DNA of 64,000 nt from Octopus sinensis (lineage: Eukaryota), in assembly GCF_006345805.1 (NCBI RefSeq), contig NC_043025.1, forward strand, positions 16,120,001-16,184,000, given 5' to 3'. The position numbers were made by a program, and so were the translations under genes. Of this stretch, positions 1 to 11,948 are shown one piece after another. How positions within the stretch are numbered: the first letter of the stretch is position 1; each line of letters begins with the position of its first letter. The notes beneath the pieces are model-generated. The model was not told the DNA's origin, ran no database searches, and saw only the letters and a program-made list of their open reading frames with translations.

Positions 1-2030
1 CTGGAGACCGGAGAGGTTCTAGAAAAGGTGAACCAAAAATTGCCTGTCTTTCCATATCTGGTCAGTTGAGCACGACTGACGGATGTCCACCCTGCGCTCG
101 AAAAACAAAGAGTCTTTTATCTATAAAATCTGGATGGAACTTAAACATTTCATGTTGGAATATGCGTACTCTGTTGGACAACAAGAGTGATTGCAGGCCT
201 GAAAGATGCACTGCACTTGTTGCTCGTGTGCTGAACCATTATAAAATTGATATAGCTGCACTCTCAGAGACTCGTATAGAAGGTGATGGTCAGCTTGAGG
301 AGGTAGAAGGTGGATACACCTTTTTTTGGAAAGGAAGGCAGAAGGAGGAGCGCAGAGAGGCTGGTGTTGGTTTTGCAGTCCGATCAGATATCTTTAAGAA
401 GTTGGAAGAGCTCCCTGTTCCTATAAATGAACGTATAATGACCCTACGGTTGCACTTGAAAGGTAAGCGGTTTGCTACTCTAATAAGTGCCTATGCACCT
501 ACTTTGACTAGCTGTGATGAAGATAAAACAATCTTTTATATCCAGCTGAGAGCCATACTTAGAAAAGTCCGCAATTCTGATAAAGTCTGGGGGATTTTAA
601 TGCCAGGGTTGGAACAGACTGGTAAACATGGAACTCTCTAGGACGTTTTGGAGTAGGGAAAATGAATAGCAATGGTCTCATGCTACTGGAGCTTTGCGAA
701 GAACATGGACTTTACATTGCAAGCACTCATTTTGCGCACAAAGGTGATCACACAACAACATGGATGCATCCAAGGTCCAAAGTTTGGCACTTGCTGGATT
801 ATGTCATCATCCGCAAGCGCGACATTTATGACATTTGTAATGTCAAGTCCTTGCATGGATCAGAATGCTGGACAGACCACAGTCTGGTGCGAGCAAAGTT
901 CCGAATGGTGATTAGGGCGAAAGAGAGAAGAGGACCAGTCAGCATTCCTCGCCGTCTAAATGTCCACAAGGTATATGACGTTGTGGTTAGGAAAGAGCTT
1001 CAGACTCGCTTGTCCAGCATTGAAACTGCTGCAGGATGGGAAGATTTTCGAGACCAGGTTGTTCAATGTGCAGCCGAAACACTGGGGTATGTTACTGCCA
1101 GACACAGAGACTGGTTTGATGAGAATGATGCTGAAATTCAACGACTATTAGTGGTGAAGTGCCATGCCCACAGTGTGTTGCTGCACAGAGAACTGTCTAC
1201 TGTGCAGCGAAGTCTAGCACTTGCCCACTATAACAGTGTAAAATCACTACTGCAGCGATCTCTCAGGAAGATGCAGAACACTTGGTGGGAGGATCTTGCT
1301 CGTGACGTTCAGGCTGCTGATGATGCAAATGACAGCAAGAAGCTTTACCATCTTATGAAGCGAGTTATGGACCTAAGAGCTCCACATCAGCTCCTTTGCT
1401 TTCCATGAAGTCTTCCACTATGTTTACTAAATCAACAGAAATCAGAGGTCGCTGGATCGAACACTTCTCTGAACTCCTAAACCATGAGTTAGTTGTGGAT
1501 GAAACAGTGATTGATACGATGAAACAAAGACCTATCATTGACTCCTTAGACTCCTCGCCATCAATACATGAAGTAATGACATCAATAAGTAAATTGAATC
1601 TTGGTAGGGCACCTGGAAAGGATGGAATTTGTGCTGAGGTCTTGAGATTTGATGGTAATTGCATCACACAGTCATGAACTTATTAGTGCAGTCTGGACGG
1701 ATGGTGCAATCCCTAAGGACTGGAAGGATGCAATTATTCTTCCTCTGTATAAAGGAAAAGGAACCAGAACAATGTGTGGTAACTACAGAGGTATTGCTCT
1801 ACTATCAGCTGCTGGCAAGGTTCTGGCAAATATTCTTCTTACCCGTCTGAATGGGTGTCTCGTAAATGATGTCCTATCTGAATCTCAATGTGGCTTCCGA
1901 TCTGGTAGAGGGACAATGGATATGATTTTCACAGCAAGACAGATGCAGGAGAAGTGCTATGAGCAGAATATGGATCTTGTCCAGGTATTCATTGATTTAA
2001 CTAAGGCCTTCGATACTGTAAAGCTTGGTC
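1..2030 (+). mobile_element. RTE-clade (BovB-like) LINE remnant: APE endonuclease plus N-terminal RT, disrupted
   Basis: ORFs 66-641, 662-1408, 1396-1677 and 1649-2077 carry, in order, WNMRTL, DIAALSETR, GVGFAV, ISAYAPT, LLDYVI, WTDH (APE) and NYRGIALLS, QCGFRSGRGT, FIDLTKAFDTV (RT); broken by stops and frameshifts. Confidence 0.9.
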
Positions 2031-2258
2031 TGCAATGTTTGCAGTCGTGTGTGCTTGTCAAGAGCAGGGCTCATTAGCCACCAACGGAGCCGCAAATGCA
2101 AAATATAAGTTAGTCCTAGAGCGCACAATGTTCCTGAAGGTCGGCAATGGTCTTCCTCGGTCACGAGTGGACGGCCATCATATATACATTAATATATGTA
2201 TGCATATACATATATATGTAAATAAATATAAACATACATACATATATTGGCATGTAAA

Positions 2259-2440
2259 AAGCACCCAGTACACTCTCGGAGTGGTTGGCGTTAGGAAGGG
2301 CATCCAGCCGTAGAATCACTGCCAGATCAGACTGGGCCTGGCGCAGCCTTCTGGCTTCACAGACCCCAGTTGAACCGTCCAACCCATGCTAGCACGGAGA
2401 ACGGACGCTAAACAATGATGATGATGATGATGATGATGAT
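2259..2440 (+). mobile_element. RTE LINE 3' UTR fragment with (GAT)n tail
   Basis: Same sequence as the 3' end of the RTE at 24900-25079 (ggagtggttggcgttaggaagggcatcc...catgctagca...gatgatgat). Confidence 0.85.
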
Positions 2441-2674
2441 ATGTACATACATATACGTGCATGCATAAAGATACGCAGATACTTGTGAGTGCATACACTT
2501 AAACACATATAGTTACATAGGTACATTCATGCATAGTAAACACACGGACCCTGGATAGGGGGAGGGGGAGAATCTGTGCTGAATCTGAGAAATGCTTATT
2601 TGGCATGGTGGCCACATCTTTGTATTTTCCCAGCATGCTTGTTTACCAAGTTTTGTTTCCAGAAGCCCCTATCT

Positions 2675-2710
<36 letters not shown>

Positions 2711-2850
2711 GTTTAGCGTCCGCTTTCCATGCTAGCATGGGTTGGACGGTTCTACTGGGGTCTGTGAAGCCAGAAGCCTGCACCAGGCCCAGTCAAATCT
2801 GGCAGTGTTTCTACGGCTGGATGCCCTTCCTAACGCCAACCACTCCGTAT
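2675..2850 (-). mobile_element. RTE LINE 3' UTR fragment
   Basis: Reverse complement of the same tail, (CAT)n at the left end. Confidence 0.85.
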
Positions 2851-3724
2851 TTATATTCTGGCGTGGTAATTGTGCATTTGTATGATGTTTTTTGCATGCA
2901 TTGGTTCCTCAGTGTACATGCAGATTTCTTGTGGTAGCTGCAATTATTTGCACTATTATTATTTTTGTAGTTATTTGTTTTGTTTTTGTGATGTTCTGGT
3001 TGATTCTCAGTGTCTGAAGTGTTCTTGATGAGACAGCCTGTTTTGTTGATTCTTTTTCTTTGAATCCTATTATAACTGTTGGGATTGCTATCCATGTTTT
3101 TGTGATCCATGACTGCATGGAAAGCAGATGCTAAGTGATGATGATGATGATGATGATATGTATATGTACATACGATGGGCTTACACACAGTTTCCATCTC
3201 CCAAATCCACTCACATGTCTTTGGTCAGTGCGAGGCTACAGAAGAAGATACTTGCCCAAGGTGCTGAACAGTGAGATTGAACCTGGAACCATGGAAAACA
3301 AACTTCTTACCATAGAGCCATGGGCTGGAATCTGTGGTTGTGCAGAGAAATTCCTCATGATGTGCTATGGCAATCCATACATGCAGTGCGACTAGATTAT
3401 GGAATTATAGGGTGTGGTAAACTTAACACTATTTCCTGGTCCCTTGGGTCCATTTTGCGGGGTTTATTCTATAGAAAGCCATTAGGGTAGATCTGTGTAC
3501 TGGTGTTAGTGAAATGGAAAATCTTGACTGGCTAATTTGTTCTGGCATTGAGTCACTTGGTTTAACTTCACTCTTTCAACTTTGTGTGTGTGTGGGTGTG
3601 TGTGTGTATTTAATATGTTTAAGGAAAAGGAGAACAAAACCAAGGTAGGACGAGTATCTCGGGTAATTTAGAATATTCAATTAAAGTAAGGTGAATGTAA
3701 AAATGAGGAAGTAGAACTAATTAA

Positions 3725-3772
3725 TGTCTTACAGCCGTTTCCCATCCACTGGGCATTCTGTCATCAGAGACA
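3725..3772 (-). ncRNA. Type I hammerhead ribozyme motif, stem II degenerate
   Basis: Minus strand: TGTCT-CTGATGA-cagaatgcccagtggatgg-GAAAC-GGCT-GTA-AGACA; stem I 5 bp perfect, stem III ACGGCTGT self-complementary with G-U pairs. Confidence 0.7.
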
Positions 3773-3789
3773 AGGTGTGTATGTAGGAA

Positions 3790-5160
3790 AGTTCCAGACA
3801 GAGAATTCATTGTAAATAAAAGAATAAGACAGTTGATCGAAGACTAAAGACAGGAGAATAAAGTTCACAGTTCATCTTGTCCCAAGTTTGTACTTCCATG
3901 AAAGTATCACTCCTTAAGTATAATCTCAGGTAAATCCCTAAGTATAATCTCAGGTAAATCCTTAAGTATAATCTCAGGTAAATCCCTAAGTATAATCTCA
4001 GGTAAATCCCTAAGTATAATCTCAGGTAAATCCCTAAGTATAATCTCAGGTAAATCCTTAAGTATAATCTCAGGTAAATCCCTAAGTATAATCTCAGGTA
4101 AATCCTTAAGTATAATCTCAGGTAAATCCTTAAGTATAATCTCAGGTAAATCCTTAAGTATAATCTCAGGTAAATCCTTAAGTATAATCTCAGGTAAATC
4201 CTTAAGTATAATCTCAGGTAAATCCTTAAGTATAATCTCAGGTAAATCCTTAAGTATAATCTCAGGTAAATCCCTAAGTATAATCTCAGGTAAATCCTTA
4301 AGTATAATCTCAGGTAAATCCTTAAGTATAATCTCAGGTAAATCCCTAAGTATAATCTCAGGTAAATCCCTAAGTATAATCTCAGGTAAATCCTTAAGTA
4401 TAATCTCAGGTAAATCCTTAAGTATAATCTCAGGTAAATCCAGGCAGTATTTTGAATGATGCATTCAGATTGGAGGAATAGATCAAATGGTTAGCTTGTA
4501 AGAGAAATGGTCCACATGGGTGTGTATAGTGTGAGAGAGACAGACATCTTGATGGACAGATAGATCAGAGAAAGAGGATGTTGTGAGGAATTGCATATAA
4601 GAGAGAAAAGAAAGGAAGAGGGTGAGTAATGGAAATAAAAAGTAAAGATAAAAAATAAGGATAAAAAGGTAAGAAGCTGGTATTATTCTTTGTCAGAGTA
4701 GGTTCAGGGTGAGGGGTCAAGGGTTAAAGTTTTGGTAAAGTGGGGGAGGAAGGTAATTGATTAGATGAATTCTAGGTTCAGCAGAGTCAAAAGGGCTTCA
4801 CTGTTTGTGGCCCTTCCAAATATCTCAAGCACCATGATCTGGAAGGACTGGTTCACTGACAGGCCCCACTGACAGGATTTTGTTCTGTTCGGCTACAGAA
4901 GCAGTGACCTTCCCATTCACTGCAGCGTCAAGGATGTGGGGGTGGGGGAAGAGTCACAGGCTGTGATGTCCCAGATCAGACACCTACCTCTTACCCAGGG
5001 ACAGAGGGTCTCTTCCTAATATTTCTGGATAATCCCACTGGCTCCAGAACTGAGGACAGACATATTGTTGAGAACCACAGATTCCGTTAGCGGTCTGTTA
5101 TCTCTATTCTAGCTTTTGGTGGAATAGAAGAGGTCAGAAGGGTCCAATGACCTTATTCTG
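3790..5160 (-). mobile_element. Highly degraded non-LTR retrotransposon RT C-terminus (CR1/Jockey/I-group-like), containing the 24-bp array
   Basis: Minus-strand fragments read SVVLNN, IWKGHKQ*SPFDSAEPRIHLIN, HSKYCLDLP and SINCL, resembling LINE RT C-terminal motifs (IWGG...LLDRVE..A.RLIN; HPY.LDLP); many stops. Confidence 0.4.
3911..4441. repeat. 24-bp minisatellite, about 22 copies
   Basis: Unit tcc(t/c)taagtataatctcaggtaaa; explains the DLPEIIL(K/R) ORF 3907-4464. Confidence 0.95.
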
Positions 5161-5220
5161 CTTAGCGAAGGCATCTGGTAAATGTAACTGATGTCGCTGA
5201 CAGAAAAACTATTGTTTTAC

Positions 5221-5775
5221 CGTGAGAAAAGGGCTGCTGAACTGTGAAGTGAAATTTGGCGATCGAGGATCGAATCCACGCCATGCCTGCATGAATTGTA
5301 TATATGTAGTGGCTGTGTGGTAAGTAGCTTGCTAACCAGCCACATGGTTCCGGGTTCAGTCCCACTGAGTGGCATCTTGGGCAGGTGTCTTCTGCTATAG
5401 TCCCGGGCCGACCAATGCCTTGTGAGTGGATTTGGTAGACGGAAACTGAAAGAAGCCTATCGTATATATGTATATATATATGTGTATGTGTGTCTGTGTT
5501 TGTCCCTCTAGCATTGCTTGACAACAGATGCTGGTGTGTTTATGTCCCCGTCACTTAGCGGTTCGGCAAATAGAGACCGATAGAATAAGTACTGGGCTTA
5601 CAAAGAATAAGTCCCGGGATCGATTTGCTCGACTAAAGGCAGTGCTCCAGCATGGCCGCAGTCAAATGACTGAAACAAGTAAAAGAGTATATGTAGTGGT
5701 TCATGCGTGGCATGGCGTGGATTCGATCCTCGATCGCCAAATTTCACTTCACAGTCCAACAGCACTTTTCTCACG
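5221..5775. mobile_element. Hairpin (MITE-like) element with about 75-bp inverted arms, interrupted by a SINE
   Basis: 5221-5294 is the reverse complement of 5701-5775 (gaagtgaaatttggcgatcgaggatcgaatccacgccatgc). Confidence 0.75.
5308..5687 (+). mobile_element. tRNA-derived SINE, family A
   Basis: Head gtggctgtgtggtaagtagcttgc...ggttccgggttcagtccc (A/B-box like), internal microsatellite, tail gtcaaatgactgaaacaagtaaaagag; flanked by duplicated tatatgtagtgg. Confidence 0.85.
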
Positions 5776-5998
5776 CTTGAAGAATCAGATACGGTTGTAA
5801 CATACGTCCACGAAATGTATCTCTATACACACACACACACGTTCTTTTACTTGTTTCAGTCATTTGACTGCGGCCATGCTGGAGCACCGCCTTTCGTCGA
5901 ACAAATCGACCTCAGGACGTATTCTTTGTAAGCCTAGTACTTATTCTATCAGTCCCTTTTGCCGAACCGCTAAGTGACGAGGACGTAAGCACACCAAG

Positions 5999-6882
5999 GC
6001 GATCTTTCGTCTCTAGTAGACCTTTCCGTCGATTTCCGTAAAAAACTTCTTTTTTTTTTACATATGGGCTTGCGGGAACTTTTGAAGTAATGAGAGCGAA
6101 AGAGACTAAGACAAAGCGATTGTATGACGAGGGAAGTTCTTTTGAAGTTACCGTCCAGGGGAAGCATTGATGTACATGTGTGTGTGTGTGTGTGTGTGTG
6201 TTTGATGGGGTGTGGGAGACAGACAGTATGTTGTGTAAGTGAAGTGCTTCTGTTAGTGTGTGTGAAGAGACAGAGAGAGTAATGTGTGAAAGAGAGAGAT
6301 AACTGAAATGTTTTACTCGGTGTATGTGTATACGTATGTGTGTGTGTGTATGTGTGTATTTATGTATGGCCGATTCAGTGTTTACATTATTTCGAGTTAA
6401 AACGAAAGATTACCTTTGCCTGTTTATGTAACGGTCTGCTATGTAGAAAATAATGAGGTTGACTCAATGGAATAATGACAGTGATCGAAGATACAGACAA
6501 AATTTTTTTTATTTAACCGTTATACATGCCTTGTCGACTGCTACTGTGCAGCCTTACATACATACATACGGCCATACACACACACACACACATACATATA
6601 CACATACACCGAGTAAAACATTTCAGTTATCTCTCTCTTTCACACATTACTCTCTCTGTCTCTTCACACACACTAACAGAAGCACTTCACTTACACAACA
6701 TACTGTCTGTCTCCCACACCCCATCAAACACACACACACACATGTACATCAATGCTTCGGTAACTTCAAAAGAACTTCCCTCGTCATAAAATCGCTTCCT
6801 CTTAGTCTCTTTCGCTCTCATAAAAAAATAAAAGTTCTTTACGGAAATCGACGGAAAGGTCTACTAGAGACGAAAGATCGCC
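5999..6882. mobile_element. Fold-back element with about 330-370 bp inverted arms
   Basis: 5999-6370 is the reverse complement of 6550-6882; same family as 20427-20797. Confidence 0.75.
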
Positions 6883-7473
6883 GCACACCAACATTGGCTG
6901 CGATGGGGGTGGGATAAAAACGGTGTCGCGACGAGTCGATCCTACATCGACCACACAGCAAAGTAAAGAAAACACAAAATAAATAATTTTTTTACACAAA
7001 GTAAGGATCGACTAGTCACGACTGGCTAGCGCGGGAACGCGAGTGCGCGCACCGGGATTCTTAAATGGTACCCGCTTCAGTTCTGTGTATGTACATATAT
7101 TTACTCGATTGCTGGCATTCATCAGTGGTCGCTCTCACTGTGAATAAAACTCTCGGCATTTCTGCATTCACGGCTATGTTAGGAGATAGACATAAAACCT
7201 CTCAAAACCGCCATTTTCGTTTCGTTTCCGTTTCGCTTTTTACATTTACTCTCTTCAAATTTTCTTTCCGTCTCGATCAGGATTTAACAATTCTGTTCAT
7301 ATTTTGAAAGAGAAAATGTTCAATAACGAGATTAATTAATCGAAAGTGATTAATCTTTAATTAACGAAAACCAATCAATACTTTGAAATACCATCAGACA
7401 CTTCCAAACACAGGAACCGGGAATATTTAATAATTGGAATATATTATTAAATTTGCAGCTTCAAGTAACCGTT

Positions 7474-7545
7474 TCCCATGTGGTCTAGTGGTTAGGATTC
7501 CTGGCTTTCACCCAGGCGGCCCGGGTTCGATTCCCGGCATGGGAA
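7474..7545 (+). tRNA. tRNA-Glu-TTC: tRNA-Glu (anticodon TTC)
   Basis: TCCCATG/CATGGGA acceptor stem, D arm GGTCTAGTGGTTAGGATT, anticodon arm CCTGG-CTTTCAC-CCAGG, T arm CCGGG-TTCGATT-CCCGG, discriminator A, T-run terminator at 7554-7557. Confidence 0.97.
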
Positions 7546-7854
7546 CGTCTTTCTTTTATTCTTTCTTTTTTGAATTAATTAATTAATTTTTATTGTAATT
7601 ACATCGGAATATCAGGATATCACTTTTTTAATGTTACTGAGTTTTGTTTTCGCTCTAATATTAACTGACTGCAAAGAAACCACATTAAAGGATTTTAGTC
7701 GACCGAATCGATCCGAGTTCTTGCTTTTTTTTTTGCGTTAAATCAAACCTGGCACTTATTCTCTTGGTCTCTTTTGTTGAACCATTAAGTTACGGGGATG
7801 CAAACAAACCAACACCAGTTGTCAAGCAGTTGGTGCGAAATACAAAAGAAAGAC

Positions 7855-8550
7855 ACACATACACTGACATACATACATACCTACATACATACACACATAC
7901 ACACATGCATACATACATACATACATACATACATATACATATACATACATACATACATACATACATACATACATACATACATACATACATACACATACAT
8001 ACATACATACATACACACTACAACATGCATACATACATACATACATACATACATATACATACATACATACATACACACATACATACATACACACATACAT
8101 ACATACATACATATACATACATACATACATATACATATACACACACATACATACATACATACATACATACATACATACATACATACATACATACATACAC
8201 ACATACACACATGCATACATACATACATATACATACATACACACACATACATACATACATACATACACACATACATACATACACACATACATACATACAT
8301 ATACATACATACATACATATACATATACACACACATACATACATACATACATACATACACACACATACATACATACATATATACATACACATACATACAT
8401 ATACACGTACACACACATACATACATATATACATACATAAATATATACATACATACATACATACATATACACATACACACACATACATACATACATATAC
8501 ACACACATACACACATATACATACATACACACACATACATACATTCATAC

Positions 8551-8583
<33 letters not shown>

Positions 8584-8634
8584 CACACACATACACACAT
8601 ATACATACATATACACATACACATACATTCATAC

Positions 8635-8675
<41 letters not shown>

Positions 8676-8755
8676 CATACATATACACATACACACACAT
8701 ACATACATACATACATACATACATGTATGTATACATACATTCATTACATACATAT
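7855..8755. repeat. (TACA)n / (CA)n compound microsatellite
   Basis: Direct reading; source of the HTYI/MYVC ORFs. Confidence 0.97.
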
Positions 8756-8998
8756 ATTTTTGATCTTCTATGTTCTACCTGTTTCAGTCATTAGACTGCG
8801 GCCATGCTGGGGCACTGCCATGAATTTTTTTAGTCAAATTAAATTGAACCGAGTACTTGTTTGTAAGCCTGCTACTTATTCTATAGGTCTCGGAGACGTA
8901 AATACACCAACACCGGTTGTCAAATGAAGATGGTGGGGGAACAAACACAGACACACACACACATATATACATATATATATATATATGTACGTATATAG

Positions 8999-9390
8999 GA
9001 GTGGCTGTGTGGTAAGTAGCTTGCTAACCAACCACATGGTTCCGGGTTCAGTCCCACTGCGTGACACCTTGGGCAAGTGTCTTCTGCTATAGCCCCAGGC
9101 CGACCAAAGCCTTGTGAGTGGATTTGGTAGACGGAAACTGAAAGAAGCCTGTCATATATATGTATATATATATATATGTGTTCATGTTTGTGTGTCTGTG
9201 TTTGTCCCCCTAGCATTGCTTGACAACCGATGCTGGTGTGTTTACGTCCCCGTCACTAAGCGGTTCGGCAAAAGAGACCGATAGAATAAGTCCCGGGGTC
9301 GATTTGCACGACTAAAGGTGGTGCTCCAGCATGGCCGCAGTCAAACGACTGAAACAAGTAAAAGAGTAAAGAGTAAAGAGTAAAGAGTAT
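8999..9390 (+). mobile_element. tRNA-derived SINE, family A
   Basis: Same head and tail as 5308-5687. Confidence 0.85.
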
Positions 9391-9977
9391 GCATATGACA
9401 GGCTTCTTTTAGTTTCTGTCTACCAAATCCATTCACAAGGCTATAGTAGAAGACACTTGCCCAAGGTCCCACGCAGTGGAATTGAACCTGGGACCCTGTA
9501 TATGCAGTTAAATATATGTCCAGTCATAGAATGACCAATGATTTCCCGCCTCTTTAGGGCTTAGCCCAATGGACGACTTCCAAAGCTACAGGGTGACTTG
9601 CCCGATGCTAAAGAGCTAAATGCATAAAGTGAGGACCTGTTTAGGGTCCGTAAGAAAACAGAATAATCAATAGGGGTCGGCAAACACAGGTTATCTCCCT
9701 TAGACCAATCCCTTTGGTAAAAAAAAAAATAAAGGAGAAGCAAGAATTTTGGCCCTTAGGTTGCTTTTAACTTGTAAGGACCCTTTCAGATTTAATCGAT
9801 GAATGCTGAATCCCATGCTAACAGCAGGCAGCATTTCAAATGGATGCAGGGCTGTAAATTTCTTGCCGTGAATTCAATAAGCGTTTCTACTAAAGGTGCA
9901 AAACTTGAAATTTTGGGGAGGTGTAAGGTCGCTTACATCAACCTGAGTGTTCAACTTGCACATATTATATCGACTGT

Positions 9978-10364
9978 GGAGGCGCAATGGCCCAGTGGTT
10001 AGGGCAGCGGACTCGCGGTCGTAGGATCGCGGTTTCGATTCCCAGACCGAGCGTTGTGAGTGTTTTATTGAGCGAAAACACCTAAAGCTCCACGCGGCTC
10101 CGGCAGGGGATGGTGTGATCCCTGCTGTACTCTTTCACCACAACTTTCTCTCACTCTTACTTCCTTTTCTCTGTTGTACCTGTATTTCAAAGGGCCCCCC
10201 TTGTCACTCTCTGTGTCATGCTGAATATCCCCGAGAACTACGTTAAGGGTACACGTGTCTGTGGAGTGCTCAGCCACTTACACGTTAATTTCACGATCAG
10301 GCTGTTCCGTTGATTCGGATCTACCGGAACCGTCGTCGTCGTAACCGACGGAGTGCTTCCATCC
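9978..10364 (+). mobile_element. tRNA-derived SINE, family C, with 11-bp target-site duplication
   Basis: Head ggaggcgcaatggcccagtggttagggcagcggactc...ggtttcgattccc; attatatcgac at 9964-9974 and 10365-10375; inserted into an inverted family-B SINE. Confidence 0.85.
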
Positions 10365-10529
10365 ATTATATCGACCCCGAAATGACTAATGGCAAAGTTG
10401 ACCCTGGTGGCATTTGAACTCAGAACGTGGAAACAGATGAAATACTGCTAAGCATTTCGCTCAACAAACTAATGATTCTGCCTGCTGGCCACCATAATGA
10501 TGATGATGATGATGATGTGATGGTGATGG

Positions 10530-11948
10530 GGAAGAAGAAGAAAGAGGAGGAGGAGAAGGAGAAGAAGAAGAAGAAAAGAAGAAGAAGAAGAAGGAGAAGA
10601 AGAAGAAGAAGAAGAAAAAAGAGGAGAAGAAGAAGAAGGAGAAGAAGAAGAAGAAGAGAAAAGAAGAAGGAGAAGGAGAAAAAGAAGGAGAAGGAGGAGG
10701 AGAAGAAGAAGAAGGAGAAGGAGAAGAGGAGAAGGAGAGAAGAAGAAGAAGAAGAAGAAGGAGAAGAAGAAGAAGGAGAAGAAGAAAAGAAGAAGAGAAG
10801 GAGAAGAAGAAGAAGAAAGAAGAAGAAGGAGAAGAAAAGAGGAGAAGAAGAAAAAGAAGAAGAGAAGGAGAAGAAAAGAAGAAGAAGAAGAGAGAAGAAG
10901 AAGAAGGAGAAGAAGAAAAGAAGAAGAAGAAGAGAAGAGAAGAAAAGAAGAAGAAGGAGAAGAAGAAGAAGGAGAAGAAGAAAAGAAGAAGAAGAAGGAG
11001 AGAAGAAGAAGAAGGAAAAGAAGGAGAAGAGAAGGAGAAGAAGAAGAAGGAAAGAAGGAGAAGAAGACGAAGAAGAAGACGAAGAAGAAGAAGAGAAGAA
11101 GGAGAGAAGGAGAAGGAGAAGAAGAAGAAAAGGAGAAGAAGAAGAAGGAGAAAAAAAGAAGGAGAAGAAGAGAAGAAGGAGAAGAGAATGGAGAAGAAAG
11201 GAGAAGAGAAGAAGAAGAAGAAGAAGGAAAGGAGAGGAGAAGAAGAAGAAGAAGAAGAAGAGAATAAGGAGAAGAAGAAGAAGAAAGAAGAAGGAAGAAG
11301 AAGAAGAAGAAGAAGAAGAAGAAGAAGGAGAAGAAGAAGGAGAAGAAGAAGGAAGGAGAAGGAGGAGAAGAAGGAGAAGGAGAAGAAGAAGAAGAAGACG
11401 AGAAGAAGGAGAAGAAGACGAAGAAGAAGACGAAGAAGAAAAGAAAAGGAGAAGGAGGAGAAGAGAAGGAGAAGAAGAAGAAGAAAAAAAGAAGAGAAGG
11501 AGATAGAAAGAGGAGAAGAAGAAGAAAAGGAGAAGGAGAAGGAGAAGAGAAGAGAAGGAGAAGAAGAAGAAGAAGGAGAAGGGGAGGAGAAGAAGAAGAA
11601 GAAGAAAGAAGAAGAAGAAGGAGAAGAAGAAAAGAAGAAGAAGAAGAAGAAGGAGAGAGAAGAAGAAGAAGAAGAAGAAAGAAGAAGGAGAAGAAGAAGA
11701 GAAGAGAAGAAGAGAAGAGGAGAAGGAGGAGAAAAGAAGAGAAGAAGAAGAGAAGAAGAAGAAGAAGAAAAGAAGAAGAGAAGAAGAAGAAGAAGAAGAA
11801 GAAGGAGAAGAAGAAAAAGAAGAAGACGAAGAAGAAGACGAAGAAGAAGAAGAAGGAGAAGGAGGAGAAGAAGAAGAAGAAGAAGGAGAAGAAGAGAAGA
11901 AGAAGAAGAAGAAGAAGAAGGAGAAGAAGAAGAAGAAGAAGAAGAATG
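10530..11948. repeat. Polypurine (GAA/GGA)n tract, 1.4 kb
   Basis: Direct reading; source of the poly-K/E/R and poly-F/L/S ORFs. Confidence 0.97.

Noticed and set aside
2860-3120. Minus-strand ORFs of 128 and 69 aa as host exons
   Set aside because: No convincing splice sites or homology; more like a decayed REL-type retrotransposon 3' end (IPTVIIG).
7764-8927. HTYI/MYVC-rich ORFs (also 20827-21349, 39534-40876, 58536-59687)
   Set aside because: Translations of TACA, TA and CTA microsatellites.
9978-10050. tRNA-like heads of SINE families A, B and C as tRNA genes
   Set aside because: A/B boxes present but no complete cloverleaf or acceptor stem; they continue into SINE bodies with tails or TSDs.
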